A stretch of DNA of 64,000 bases from contig JBJKUL010000001.1 of the NCBI GenBank assembly GCA_045563135.1, forward strand, positions 14,244-78,243, written 5' to 3'. This DNA comes from Candidatus Actinomarina sp. GTDB lineage: Bacteria; Actinomycetota; Acidimicrobiia; Actinomarinales; Actinomarinaceae. Under the pieces are notes generated by a model. The model made no database searches. It worked only from the letters and a program-made list of their open reading frames with translations, and had not been told where the DNA came from. Below, piece after piece: positions 29,032 to 37,854 of the stretch. The translations under genes were made by a program, and so were the position numbers. Position 1 is the stretch's first letter. Every line of letters begins with the position of its first letter.

Positions 29032-29631
29032 ATGTATAAAAAAGTCTCGATAACATTAATACTGTTTACTGCTTGTTCACTATTCCAACAAGAAGAACAA
29101 TCTGTTGTTTCCGTTGCAGACACTGATAAAGGAAAAGCAGCAATTGCTTCTGGTGTGCAACTTACAGATGAACGAGAAGAAATTTCAGACGAGGATGCAC
29201 CCTTAGTGCTCGTACAGTGCGTCAATGAATCAGGCTATAAATTTAAAGAACCAAAAAACTTTTTAGATCTTTACACCACGATTGCATCGTATTTTGAAAC
29301 TATAACCGAACAAGAGGCCGAGGAATTGTGGGACATAATCGAGGAATGTGCTTTGAAATATAATTTATGGGGTGTAGCAGATGAAAATCAATTCGAAGAC
29401 CCAGCACAAGTATCAAAAGAAATTGATAGATCACTGTTTATGGCGAAGTGTTTTAGAGAAAGTGGATACCCAAAAGTTCCAGATCCAGATTATTTCAACA
29501 GAGAAGTCAGATTAGACGCTTATATTGATGAAGATTGGGAGTTAAGAGAAGACGATCCATTGGTTCAGACATGGCAAGCATGTGAAGATAATCTACCGGA
29601 AGAATTAAAAGATGAGGAGTGGGATGCATAG
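29032..29631 (+). CDS. Lipoprotein with tandem Cys-pair domains (paralog 3)
   Basis: Lipobox FTAC; LVQCVNESGYKFKEP and MAKCFRESGYPKVPDP. Confidence 0.88.
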   Translation: MYKKVSITLILFTACSLFQQEEQSVVSVADTDKGKAAIASGVQLTDEREEISDEDAPLVLVQCVNESGYKFKEPKNFLDLYTTIASYFETITEQEAEELWDIIEECALKYNLWGVADENQFEDPAQVSKEIDRSLFMAKCFRESGYPKVPDPDYFNREVRLDAYIDEDWELREDDPLVQTWQACEDNLPEELKDEEWDA

Positions 29632-29650
29632 AAAACTTAAGAAATTAATT

Positions 29651-29672
29651 CTCAGAAAACTTACAGGTTTAA
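29651..29672 (+). promoter_or_regulatory. Candidate response-regulator direct-repeat box, copy 2
   Basis: CTCAGAAAACT-TACAGGTTTAA upstream of the exporter operon. Confidence 0.65.
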
Positions 29673-29696
29673 TAAACTACTCTAATTGGAACAATT

Positions 29697-31280
29697 ATGA
29701 AAAATATATTTAAATTAAAAAACTTATTCACTTTAGTTGCTGTTGCGGCATTAGCTTATGGTGGTTATTATTTTGGCACTCAGAACACTGAAATATCCTC
29801 AAGTAGTAAAACTCTAGAACTTACTACAGTCGCTATACAAAAAGGTGAATTAGCAAAGAAGGAAGAGTACAACGGAACCTTAAGACAAACTGACAGCAAG
29901 ATTCTTAACTCACCAATGTCAGGAGTTGTTACATTAGTACCCAAAGAGGGAACAATTGTAAACTTTGGAGAAGTACTCTTTGCTGTTGATAACAAACCTG
30001 TAATTTTAGTTGAAGGTGCAACACCGTTTTACAGGACTTTAGATTTAAATTCAGATGCTGGACCAGATGTTTTACAACTTGAGCAAGCACTTGTTTTTTT
30101 AGGTTATGCAGTAGAAGACTTTGTACCTGATGAGACTTTTGATGAAACTACTTCAAACATGCTTAATGCTCTTTATGTTGATTATAAGATTGATACAAAA
30201 TCTGAAATTACACCCGCAGAGCAGGTCGCTATTAATTTAAAAAAGACAGAAGTAGACAATATTGAAGAAACAATTTCAGATGGTGGAACTACACTCGCAC
30301 AAGTTAACGATAAAAAAAAGAAATTAGACGATGCAAAAGAAGCTTCTACTGAAGAAAGTACAGCTTGGAAAGCAGCCGATACAGCCATCGAAAATGCTGA
30401 AGAAAGCCTAACTCTGTATAGGGATGAAACAAACCCTAAGACAAAAGAAAAGAAAGCAGACGGAACACTAGATGCTGCAATTGAGGACTTAGAGCAAACT
30501 ATTGAGGAACAGAAAAGAATCAAAGCTTTAGAAAAAGGTAAAGAGTCTGGAGTAGATGCTACTGAAGCTTTAGCTATAGAAACAGCACAAAAAGCATATG
30601 ATGATGCCTTAAAAAATTATAACGAAGGCGTTGACCAAGCAGCTGAACTAGCTAAAGCAAAAGAAGAGCTTGAAGAACTTAAGCTTGCCTCAAAATCAGA
30701 AACTTTTAGTCCAACAAATGCTTACGCATCGAAAACACCAATAATTGTTGGTTCTTATATAAACGATGTAGGCTCAGCGGTTGTTTTAAATTCTCCTCTT
30801 TACAATATTTCCTCTATTGGAATTGAAGTTGTCTTTCAGGTAGATGCCACAGATCAAGAAACAGTTTCTCTTGGCGACAGTGTGGAGATAGAACTTCCAA
30901 CAGATGAGAGAGTGCCAACGGTTATTACTTTTATTGACCAGGTTGTAACACAAACTCAAGCAGGAGAATTTATAGAAGTGACTTTAGAAGTCCTTAACCC
31001 GGAAGAGATTGAAGCTTACGACCAAGCTCCGGTAAAAGTGTTTGTCACAACAGAAATCTCTAAAGATGTATTATACGTTCCAGTAAATGCGCTCCTTGCT
31101 TTAGCAGAGGGAGGGTATGCTTTGGAAATTTACGATGGAGAGGTTGATGGTGGAACATTTAACGGTGAATCTGGTGTCGATACCAGCTATGTTGCTGTTG
31201 AAATAGGAGTTTTCACTGACGGCTTTGTGGAAGTAAAAGGAAATATCTCAGAGGGTCAAATAGTAGTTGTACCAAGATGA
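29697..31280 (+). CDS. Membrane-fusion adaptor (MacA/YknX-like) with PG-binding motif and coiled coil
   Basis: N-terminal anchor, barrel-sandwich SPMSGVVT, GPDVLQLEQAL..LGY, VPVNAL and VEV.G.ISEGQIVVVP. Confidence 0.85.
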   Translation: MKNIFKLKNLFTLVAVAALAYGGYYFGTQNTEISSSSKTLELTTVAIQKGELAKKEEYNGTLRQTDSKILNSPMSGVVTLVPKEGTIVNFGEVLFAVDNKPVILVEGATPFYRTLDLNSDAGPDVLQLEQALVFLGYAVEDFVPDETFDETTSNMLNALYVDYKIDTKSEITPAEQVAINLKKTEVDNIEETISDGGTTLAQVNDKKKKLDDAKEASTEESTAWKAADTAIENAEESLTLYRDETNPKTKEKKADGTLDAAIEDLEQTIEEQKRIKALEKGKESGVDATEALAIETAQKAYDDALKNYNEGVDQAAELAKAKEELEELKLASKSETFSPTNAYASKTPIIVGSYINDVGSAVVLNSPLYNISSIGIEVVFQVDATDQETVSLGDSVEIELPTDERVPTVITFIDQVVTQTQAGEFIEVTLEVLNPEEIEAYDQAPVKVFVTTEISKDVLYVPVNALLALAEGGYALEIYDGEVDGGTFNGESGVDTSYVAVEIGVFTDGFVEVKGNISEGQIVVVPR

Positions 31281-31960
31281 AAACCAGTACAAAAACTGTC
31301 ATCTCTATAAATAATATTTCAAAAGTTTACGAAGGTCCTCCACCAGTAAGAGCACTAGATGGTGTCTCTCTTGAAATCAAACAAGGAGATTTCGTTTCAA
31401 TAGTTGGTCAATCAGGTAGTGGAAAATCAACATTTTTGAACATGATAGGGCTTCTAGACAGCATAACTGATGGCTCTATAGAAATTGAAGGAAAAGACGT
31501 CTCAGAACTTTCAGACAATGAGCTTTCTAAGTTTAGAGGTGAAAAGATTGGATTTATATTTCAAAGTTTTTTTCTACTTCCAGGGTTAACTGCTCAGGAA
31601 AATGTTGCTGAAGGTCTTTTATACCAAGGTATTTCCAGAACAAAGAGATTAGAAAAAGCGAAGGAAGTTTTAGAACAAGTCGGCCTTGGAGATAGATTGA
31701 CACACTTATCTAAAGAATTATCTGGAGGTCAACAACAGAGAGTTGCTATTGCACGTGCTCTTGTCCAAGACCCGGCATTCGTTTTAGCAGACGAACCTAC
31801 AGGAAACTTAGATAAAGAGTCTGGTCTAAATATCCTCAATATTTTGAAAGATTTAAACAACCAGGGTAAAACGGTAATAATGATTACTCACAACCAAGAA
31901 CATGCAGAAATGTTTGAAAAAGTTATTGAATTAGTTGATGGAAAAATAGTAAATCAATGA
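31277..31960 (+). CDS. ABC ATPase (LolD/MacB family)
   Basis: GQSGSGKST, LSGGQQQRVAIARAL, ADEPTGNLD and ITH. Confidence 0.96.
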   Translation: MKTSTKTVISINNISKVYEGPPPVRALDGVSLEIKQGDFVSIVGQSGSGKSTFLNMIGLLDSITDGSIEIEGKDVSELSDNELSKFRGEKIGFIFQSFFLLPGLTAQENVAEGLLYQGISRTKRLEKAKEVLEQVGLGDRLTHLSKELSGGQQQRVAIARALVQDPAFVLADEPTGNLDKESGLNILNILKDLNNQGKTVIMITHNQEHAEMFEKVIELVDGKIVNQ

Positions 31961-33141
31961 AAAGAAATAAACTTAAAATCAGAGACTTGTTTTTTGTAGC
32001 TTTATATGGAGTTAAGGCAAGAAAAGGTAGAGCAACACTCACGTCAATTGGGATTGGTATTGGAATTGCAGCAATTGTTGCAGTGTCCGGAATTTCAGCA
32101 TCAGGTAGGGCAGATCTTCTTTCAACCTTAGAGTCTCTTGGTACAAACCTAGTTAAAGCATCACCTCAAGCTGGTTTTTTTGGAACACAAGAAGAGCTCC
32201 CTAAAGGTGTTTTAGGCATGGTAGAAAGAATAGGTCCTGTTCAGGAAGTTACATCAACAACCCAAACAGATCTTTTGGTAAGAAGAAGTAACTTTATTTC
32301 ACAATTTGAAGGTGGAGGTATTTCAACCATTGTCACCAGTGCTGAACTCTTAGATGTGATAGGTGGAAAGCTAACTGATGGTCGATTTATTCAGGATGGT
32401 CTATCTGATATTCCAGTTACAGTTTTGGGAAGCGTAACAGCTCAAAGATTAGGAATTAATAATTTATCTACACCAACAAAAATTTTGATAGAAAATGAAT
32501 GGTTTGGAGTTATTGGCATACTAGAAGAATTAAAAATTCATCCAGATTTAGATCGATCAGTGTTCATTGGCTACGGAGTAGCAGAAAAACTATTTGGCAT
32601 AAAGGATGAGCCTACAACTATTTATGTAAGGGCAAATCCAACATATATTGAAGACGTTGTAGAAGTACTTGCCCCATCTATGAATCCAGAAAACCCTGAT
32701 CAAGTTGAAGTCACACGTCCATCAGATGCACTCGAAGCACAACAAGCTGCAGAAGAGGCTTTTACTAATCTATTACTAGGTTTGGGATCAGTTGCTTTAC
32801 TTGTTGGGGGAGTTGCAATAGCAAATGTTATGGTCATGTCTGTTCTTGAAAGAAGGATGGAAATTGGCGTAAGAAGATCAATTGGCGCGACCAGAAGAGA
32901 AATACGATACCAGTTTCTATTAGAAAGTATCGTTTTGTCAGGTATAGGAGGTCTTGTTGGGGTAGTTCTCGGTGCTGTGATAACCCTGGGTTATACTAAT
33001 TACACGGGTATTGTATTCTCTATACCTGTATGGCAAATATTTGGAGCAGTATTAGTAGCTTTATTAATCGGAGCATTATCTGGTGTTTACCCAGCCATAA
33101 AAGCCTCAAAAATCCAACCAGCAGAGGCAGTGAGAAAGTAA
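31957..33141 (+). CDS. ABC permease (MacB/FtsX family)
   Basis: LTSIGIGIGIAA, GGVAIANVM..SVLERRMEIGVRRSIGA and YPA.KAS..P.EA.R. Confidence 0.95.
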   Translation: MKRNKLKIRDLFFVALYGVKARKGRATLTSIGIGIGIAAIVAVSGISASGRADLLSTLESLGTNLVKASPQAGFFGTQEELPKGVLGMVERIGPVQEVTSTTQTDLLVRRSNFISQFEGGGISTIVTSAELLDVIGGKLTDGRFIQDGLSDIPVTVLGSVTAQRLGINNLSTPTKILIENEWFGVIGILEELKIHPDLDRSVFIGYGVAEKLFGIKDEPTTIYVRANPTYIEDVVEVLAPSMNPENPDQVEVTRPSDALEAQQAAEEAFTNLLLGLGSVALLVGGVAIANVMVMSVLERRMEIGVRRSIGATRREIRYQFLLESIVLSGIGGLVGVVLGAVITLGYTNYTGIVFSIPVWQIFGAVLVALLIGALSGVYPAIKASKIQPAEAVRK

Positions 33142-33659
33142 AACTCCTAGGCCTATTAATCATTCTATCTTCATGCACAATTGGTGAAGAACAGTCTGAT
33201 GGTGTTGTAACCATAGATTCTACAACGGCAACTACAACTGTAACTCAAGAGGTAACCTTCGAAGAAGGGGTGCTAAATTTTGCTCAATGTATGCGAGAAG
33301 AGGGGATTGATTTTCCTGATCCAAGCTTTGACATTGATGGAAATCCTGAGTTCGACGATGTAAATATTGAAAATGATGATGAATTTGAGGCAGCTTTTGA
33401 CAATTGTGAAAATATTTTAAGGGAAGCTTTACCTGAACAGTTTGATCTTGATCCAGAGGTTGAAGCCGCCTTAGTTGATGCATCTTTAGAGTTCTCTCAA
33501 TGCATGAGAGATGAAGGAATTGATTTTCCCGATCCTAAACCAGGAGAATTTGGTTTTTTTGCTTTTAGAGATGCAGGTATAGATTTTCAGTCGGAAGATG
33601 TTCAAGAAGCCTTTGAAATATGCCAACCTGAAAACCCTCTTGAAAATCTTGATGAATAA
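33138..33659 (+). CDS. Lipoprotein with tandem Cys-pair domains (paralog 4); start codon uncertain (GTA)
   Basis: Signal KLLGLLIILSSC; FAQCMREEGIDFPDP and FSQCMRDEGIDFPDP. Confidence 0.8.
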   Translation, partial: VKLLGLLIILSSCTIGEEQSDGVVTIDSTTATTTVTQEVTFEEGVLNFAQCMREEGIDFPDPSFDIDGNPEFDDVNIENDDEFEAAFDNCENILREALPEQFDLDPEVEAALVDASLEFSQCMRDEGIDFPDPKPGEFGFFAFRDAGIDFQSEDVQEAFEICQPENPLENLDE

Positions 33660-33715
33660 GTAATTACTTGGAAGCTAAAACAAAAGTTTTATTAACTCAA
33701 GCAATTTACAAACAT

Positions 33716-34852
33716 CTACATTTGTGGATTAACTAAAAATTTATTACCAGTCTTTTGCTGGGCGTATGCCTTTATTATTTCAGGTTGAAGCATTTCTTCA
33801 AAAGAAATTTCCTGACCATATCCGCTAGCAAAAGTTGTTTTGATTTCTTTAGCAATTCTGACTCTCATTTCTTGAAATTTTTCCATTCCAATTTTTTTAA
33901 GCATGGGCATCAAAAGCCAACCGCCTAAACCCCAGGACATACCATAAGACCTCTTAAGAATCGTCGGTGAGGGGTCTAGCCCACCGTAAATATAGACCTG
34001 TTTGTATGTTTCAGAACCATATCTTGAATATTCACTAGATTCTGAATTTGAAGCAATCTCCATCGCAGCTAAGATTTGCCCTGGCAATTCTCCATTATTA
34101 CCTCCTCCAGTAGCATCAAACCCAAGTGTTGCCCCAGTTTCAATCAAAGCAGTAACTAAAGTTTCTTTGAAATTTTCGTCACTTGTGTTACAAACATACT
34201 TTGCTCCTATGTTTTTCAAAAGCTCTACTTGTTCTTTTGTTCTTACAATGTTTACAAGTGGGATATTGTCATCAATACAGATTTTCACGAGCATTTGCCC
34301 TAAGTTAGAGGCTGCTGCAGTATTAACAATTCCAGAGTGATTTTCCATTTTCATAGTTTCGATAAACGACAGAGCTGTCATAGGATTTACAAAAGATGAA
34401 GCAGCTTCAGCTGGTGTAGTCTCATCATCCATAACAAGACAATTTACTGCAGGAACACAGATATATTGAGAGTACATTGCACCACCGGCTAGGCCAACAG
34501 TTTTGCCGGTAAGGTGTTTTACATTACTTCCCGCATCTACAACCACACCGGCCCCTTCATTTCCAGCAGGCATTGGTTGATCAAGTCTAGATTTCATTGA
34601 TTTCATCATTGCTGGATGAATCTTCATTGAAGCTACAGTATCTTCTCCAGATCCAGAAATATTTATATTTGACAGATCTCCTCCAAAGGTAATTAGTAGT
34701 GCTAAATCAGAAGGGCTAATTGGAGCAGCATGTACTTCAATTACTACTTCATCATCATTGGGTGTAGGCACTTGTACTTTAGTGATTGACAATTCTACAT
34801 TTCCTTCACTTGTAATCGTTGATCTTATTTCCTTTGAATACCTATCTGTCAT
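33716..34852 (-). CDS. MDR-superfamily NAD(P)H oxidoreductase
   Basis: APISPSDL, GNEGAGVV, FVNPMTAL and AAASNLGQML. Confidence 0.88.
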   Translation of the reverse strand: MTDRYSKEIRSTITSEGNVELSITKVQVPTPNDDEVVIEVHAAPISPSDLALLITFGGDLSNINISGSGEDTVASMKIHPAMMKSMKSRLDQPMPAGNEGAGVVVDAGSNVKHLTGKTVGLAGGAMYSQYICVPAVNCLVMDDETTPAEAASSFVNPMTALSFIETMKMENHSGIVNTAAASNLGQMLVKICIDDNIPLVNIVRTKEQVELLKNIGAKYVCNTSDENFKETLVTALIETGATLGFDATGGGNNGELPGQILAAMEIASNSESSEYSRYGSETYKQVYIYGGLDPSPTILKRSYGMSWGLGGWLLMPMLKKIGMEKFQEMRVRIAKEIKTTFASGYGQEISFEEMLQPEIIKAYAQQKTGNKFLVNPQM

Positions 34853-34960
34853 GACTGCTCCTATTTGATTTACTTAGTATGTTTCCCACTAGATAACATT
34901 ACTGTATTATTTTTCGTTAGGTATTTATATACAAATAAAGTAAAGATATTAAATCGCTAT

Positions 34961-35434
34961 TTAGACACCAGATTCATAATAAGAGGGGGCAGTCACGGCT
35001 ATAGTAAGCCAACAGTTTTCTTTTGGATTATCTGGACATTCGTCAAACTGGAACACCCAGATGACTTCAAAATATGAGTTATTTTTAGCTAAAATTTTTA
35101 TTTCATAATGATTACTATCTTCAGTTTCTACTGTTTTTGTAAAGCTATATTCTTTTAAATCGAGAATTGCATTGTAGGGCTCAGACAAAAGCATTTTTTC
35201 AAAGTTCTCTTTTGGACCAGTTATCTCTTTGTTGCTTGGGTGTGCAAAACCCCATATAGTATCTAGGGCTTCCTCAGGGTCAGAGGAGTAAGTTTTATAG
35301 CTATCCAAAATTTGGGTTAGGACATTTTCAGATTGTTGTAGGTCTAAATCAGAAGAGGTTGTTTCTTGGCTAGAAATATTGTTGTTACAAAAAACAAGAA
35401 CTAAGAATAAAATTAAGTATTTTTTAACCAACAA
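34961..35434 (-). CDS. DUF4864-like lipoprotein
   Basis: WGFAHPSNK..TGP..NF..M...Y and CW.T..V; signal peptide ending in Cys. Confidence 0.7.
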   Translation of the reverse strand: MLVKKYLILFLVLVFCNNNISSQETTSSDLDLQQSENVLTQILDSYKTYSSDPEEALDTIWGFAHPSNKEITGPKENFEKMLLSEPYNAILDLKEYSFTKTVETEDSNHYEIKILAKNNSYFEVIWVFQFDECPDNPKENCWLTIAVTAPSYYESGV

Positions 35435-35516
35435 TAGTTGAAACTACTAGGTAGAGATGCAAAACGAAAGCAACGGCTAAAAAGCCCCAAAAAGTCTTTT
35501 TTTCAGTTTTACTCAT
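35424..35516 (-). CDS. 30-aa single-TM micro-protein
   Basis: MSKTEKKTFWGFLAVAFVLHLYLVVSTIVG; TAGAGT -10 lies 6 nt upstream; overlaps the next gene's start. Confidence 0.6.
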   Translation of the reverse strand: MSKTEKKTFWGFLAVAFVLHLYLVVSTIVG

Positions 35517-35559
35517 AATCGAACTCTAGCGTCTTTTGAAAACTTACCTAAATTAAAGG

Positions 35560-35718
35560 TTATTCGTTATTTGCTTTTTCGTAAGCTTGACTATAAAGAA
35601 TTAGAGTCGGTGCCCATAAACCAACATAAATTGCTAGTTGTGGATCTTCTAAAAAAACATAAATAATTACAGATGCAATTACTGAAACTATGCTTGCGTA
35701 TAATCCAAGTTTTATCAT
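35560..35718 (-). CDS. 52-aa two-TM micro-protein
   Basis: MIKLGLYASIVSVIASVIIYVFLEDPQLAIYVGLWAPTLILYSQAYEKANNE; GAAAGG RBS. Confidence 0.75.
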   Translation of the reverse strand: MIKLGLYASIVSVIASVIIYVFLEDPQLAIYVGLWAPTLILYSQAYEKANNE

Positions 35719-35770
35719 AACTTAACCTTTCTAAAGTTATTATACCTGCTAGTTTTGTTAATATTAAATT

Positions 35771-35908
35771 ATGATTGAGACAATAACTTCAAATCCATTC
35801 TTGGTAATTTTAATATTTCCAGTTGTTACATTAACTGTCTTCGTTGTTGGAATCATTAGGATTGATGTTCAAAATTTCAACAATAATAGAGACTCTGAAG
35901 AAGAATAA
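35771..35908 (+). CDS. 45-aa single-TM micro-protein
   Basis: MIETITSNPFLVILIFPVVTLTVFVVGIIRIDVQNFNNNRDSEEE; TAATAT -10 lies 6 nt upstream. Confidence 0.6.
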   Translation: MIETITSNPFLVILIFPVVTLTVFVVGIIRIDVQNFNNNRDSEEE

Positions 35909-35939
35909 AATGTCTCACAGACCTGCTTAAATTTACTAT

Positions 35940-36440
35940 ATGGATCAGGCAAAATTAGAAAAATTCTCCGAAAAAGAGCTTTTCGACCTGCAGAATAATA
36001 TTTCTGAAATCATTAAGAAAAGAAATTTAGAAAATGGCGACGTTGAAGCAATCATCGATAAAGCTTTTGATACAGGCTTTCCTAAATTTGACGGAGTTGG
36101 CCTAAATCCATGGGTAGAGGGAAGCCTTATTGTTTGCCCTGGTGCCAGAATAGATAAAACTCAGACCAAACATATTTGTAAGTTTGTAGTCGTAGATGAT
36201 GAGTGGTCGTGGGAATCTCAACACATGGTTAGTGATGTAATTAGAAGAGATCAATCCTCTAAACGGTTCAAGCAACATTCAATAACACTAATCTCACCAT
36301 TTGAAGGATTAGTACTACAAGTCATTTCTCAAAAGTCTCAGCAAGGAAAACACCTTGTGGACGGTATAGAGTCATTCATTTTTGAGAATGGTAAGTTGTC
36401 AAAAACAATGACTAAGACATCTAGGTCTAGAGATCACTAG
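35940..36440 (+). CDS. Hypothetical soluble protein
   Basis: 166-aa ORF with a leaderless-type -10 (TAAATT); no family recognised. Confidence 0.75.
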   Translation: MDQAKLEKFSEKELFDLQNNISEIIKKRNLENGDVEAIIDKAFDTGFPKFDGVGLNPWVEGSLIVCPGARIDKTQTKHICKFVVVDDEWSWESQHMVSDVIRRDQSSKRFKQHSITLISPFEGLVLQVISQKSQQGKHLVDGIESFIFENGKLSKTMTKTSRSRDH

Positions 36441-37807
36441 ATTAACAGAAGGGCAATACCTAAAAATCCTGCAAACCCTACAATATCTGTAACTAAAGTT
36501 AGAAAGATATTTGATGCTAGAGCAGGATCGAATCCTAGTTTTCGAAGAACTAAAGGTATAGAGGAACCAAACAAGTTACCTATAAAAATATTTCCGAAGA
36601 CAGCAATACTTAACGTTAGTGCATAATTGTTTAATCCTGTAGCGCTTAGAAGGATAAACGACAGCACCCCGATAAAGAGTCCATTAACCACTCCAATAAA
36701 AGATTGTTTTCCTATCACCTCAAAAACCCTTGCTTCAGAAATATCATTTCTTGCAAGTGCTCTAATTACAATTGCTAAAGATTGGGCGCCAGAATTCCCC
36801 CCGACCAAGGCCACCACGGGCATCAATGCTGCCAACAAAGCATCATTAGCTATAGTTTCATCAAATTGAGCTATTAACCATGAGACCATAAAAGCAAGCC
36901 CCATGTTTACAGCAATCCACGGCAATCGAAGTTTTATAGATTTCTTTAAGGGGGTAAAGATTGTTTCTTCAGCTCCGGCTCCAAAAGATTGAGAAAAATC
37001 CTCTGCTATTTCTGCTTGAATCACGTCTAGGGCTGTACTAATTGTTGCCTGCCCAATAAGCATATTATTTTTATCAACCACAGGTAATGCAAGAAGTTCA
37101 TACTGCTTAATTAACCTTGCTGCTTCTTCTTGATCTGCTGTTGGATGTATGCTGATTGGATTCGGTATCATAACGTTTTCAATCAACTCTTCGTGGTCAG
37201 CAAAGACAATTTCTCTAAATGAAAGAACACCTGACAAAATATTTTCATCATCAACTGAGTAAACATATACAATATCTTCAACACTTGTATGCAAAGTTTT
37301 TAATTCATCTAATGCTTCTTTAACTGTTATTCCTTTAGATATTTTCGCTACCTCTTCAGACATTAATCTTCCAACTGAGTCTTTTGGGTAAGCAAGTCTT
37401 TTATTAATAACTAATTTTGTAGATTTATTTAGAATATCTAATAAATCTTCAGCTTCCTCTACAGTACTTCTTTCAAATACGTCGACGACGTCTTCTGTAT
37501 CCATCTCACTAAAGATTTCTTCAACAACATTATTATTTAAACTTTGGACAATTTCTATAATTGCTCTTGGTCTTAAAGACTCAAAAATTTTAATCGATAC
37601 ATCAACCGGGATATTTAGCAAAAGATTTCCTGCTTCTTCTGGCTCGAATTCTTCTAGCGTATCTGCTGAGTCAAAAGGGTCATTTTTGGCTATTTCATTC
37701 CAGGCGAGATTATTGCTAGAGAGAAAATCGAAAGCAAGTGCTGGATTTTTCCTTGAAAGTATTCTTAATTCTTCACCATTCTCAGGTGTTGTTATTTCAT
37801 TTTTCAT
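36437..37807 (-). CDS. mgtE: Magnesium transporter MgtE
   Basis: CBS pair, RLPW, GGNSGAQS and DPALAS..F...TD. Confidence 0.95.
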   Translation of the reverse strand: MKNEITTPENGEELRILSRKNPALAFDFLSSNNLAWNEIAKNDPFDSADTLEEFEPEEAGNLLLNIPVDVSIKIFESLRPRAIIEIVQSLNNNVVEEIFSEMDTEDVVDVFERSTVEEAEDLLDILNKSTKLVINKRLAYPKDSVGRLMSEEVAKISKGITVKEALDELKTLHTSVEDIVYVYSVDDENILSGVLSFREIVFADHEELIENVMIPNPISIHPTADQEEAARLIKQYELLALPVVDKNNMLIGQATISTALDVIQAEIAEDFSQSFGAGAEETIFTPLKKSIKLRLPWIAVNMGLAFMVSWLIAQFDETIANDALLAALMPVVALVGGNSGAQSLAIVIRALARNDISEARVFEVIGKQSFIGVVNGLFIGVLSFILLSATGLNNYALTLSIAVFGNIFIGNLFGSSIPLVLRKLGFDPALASNIFLTLVTDIVGFAGFLGIALLLI

Positions 37808-37854
37808 GAAGCCCTCGTTACTACTCTAACTTGAATAGAGGGTGTTAAAAAGAA

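Noticed and set aside
22280-33700. Module as a prophage or ICE
   Set aside because: No integrase, relaxase or phage genes, and no boundary repeats found.
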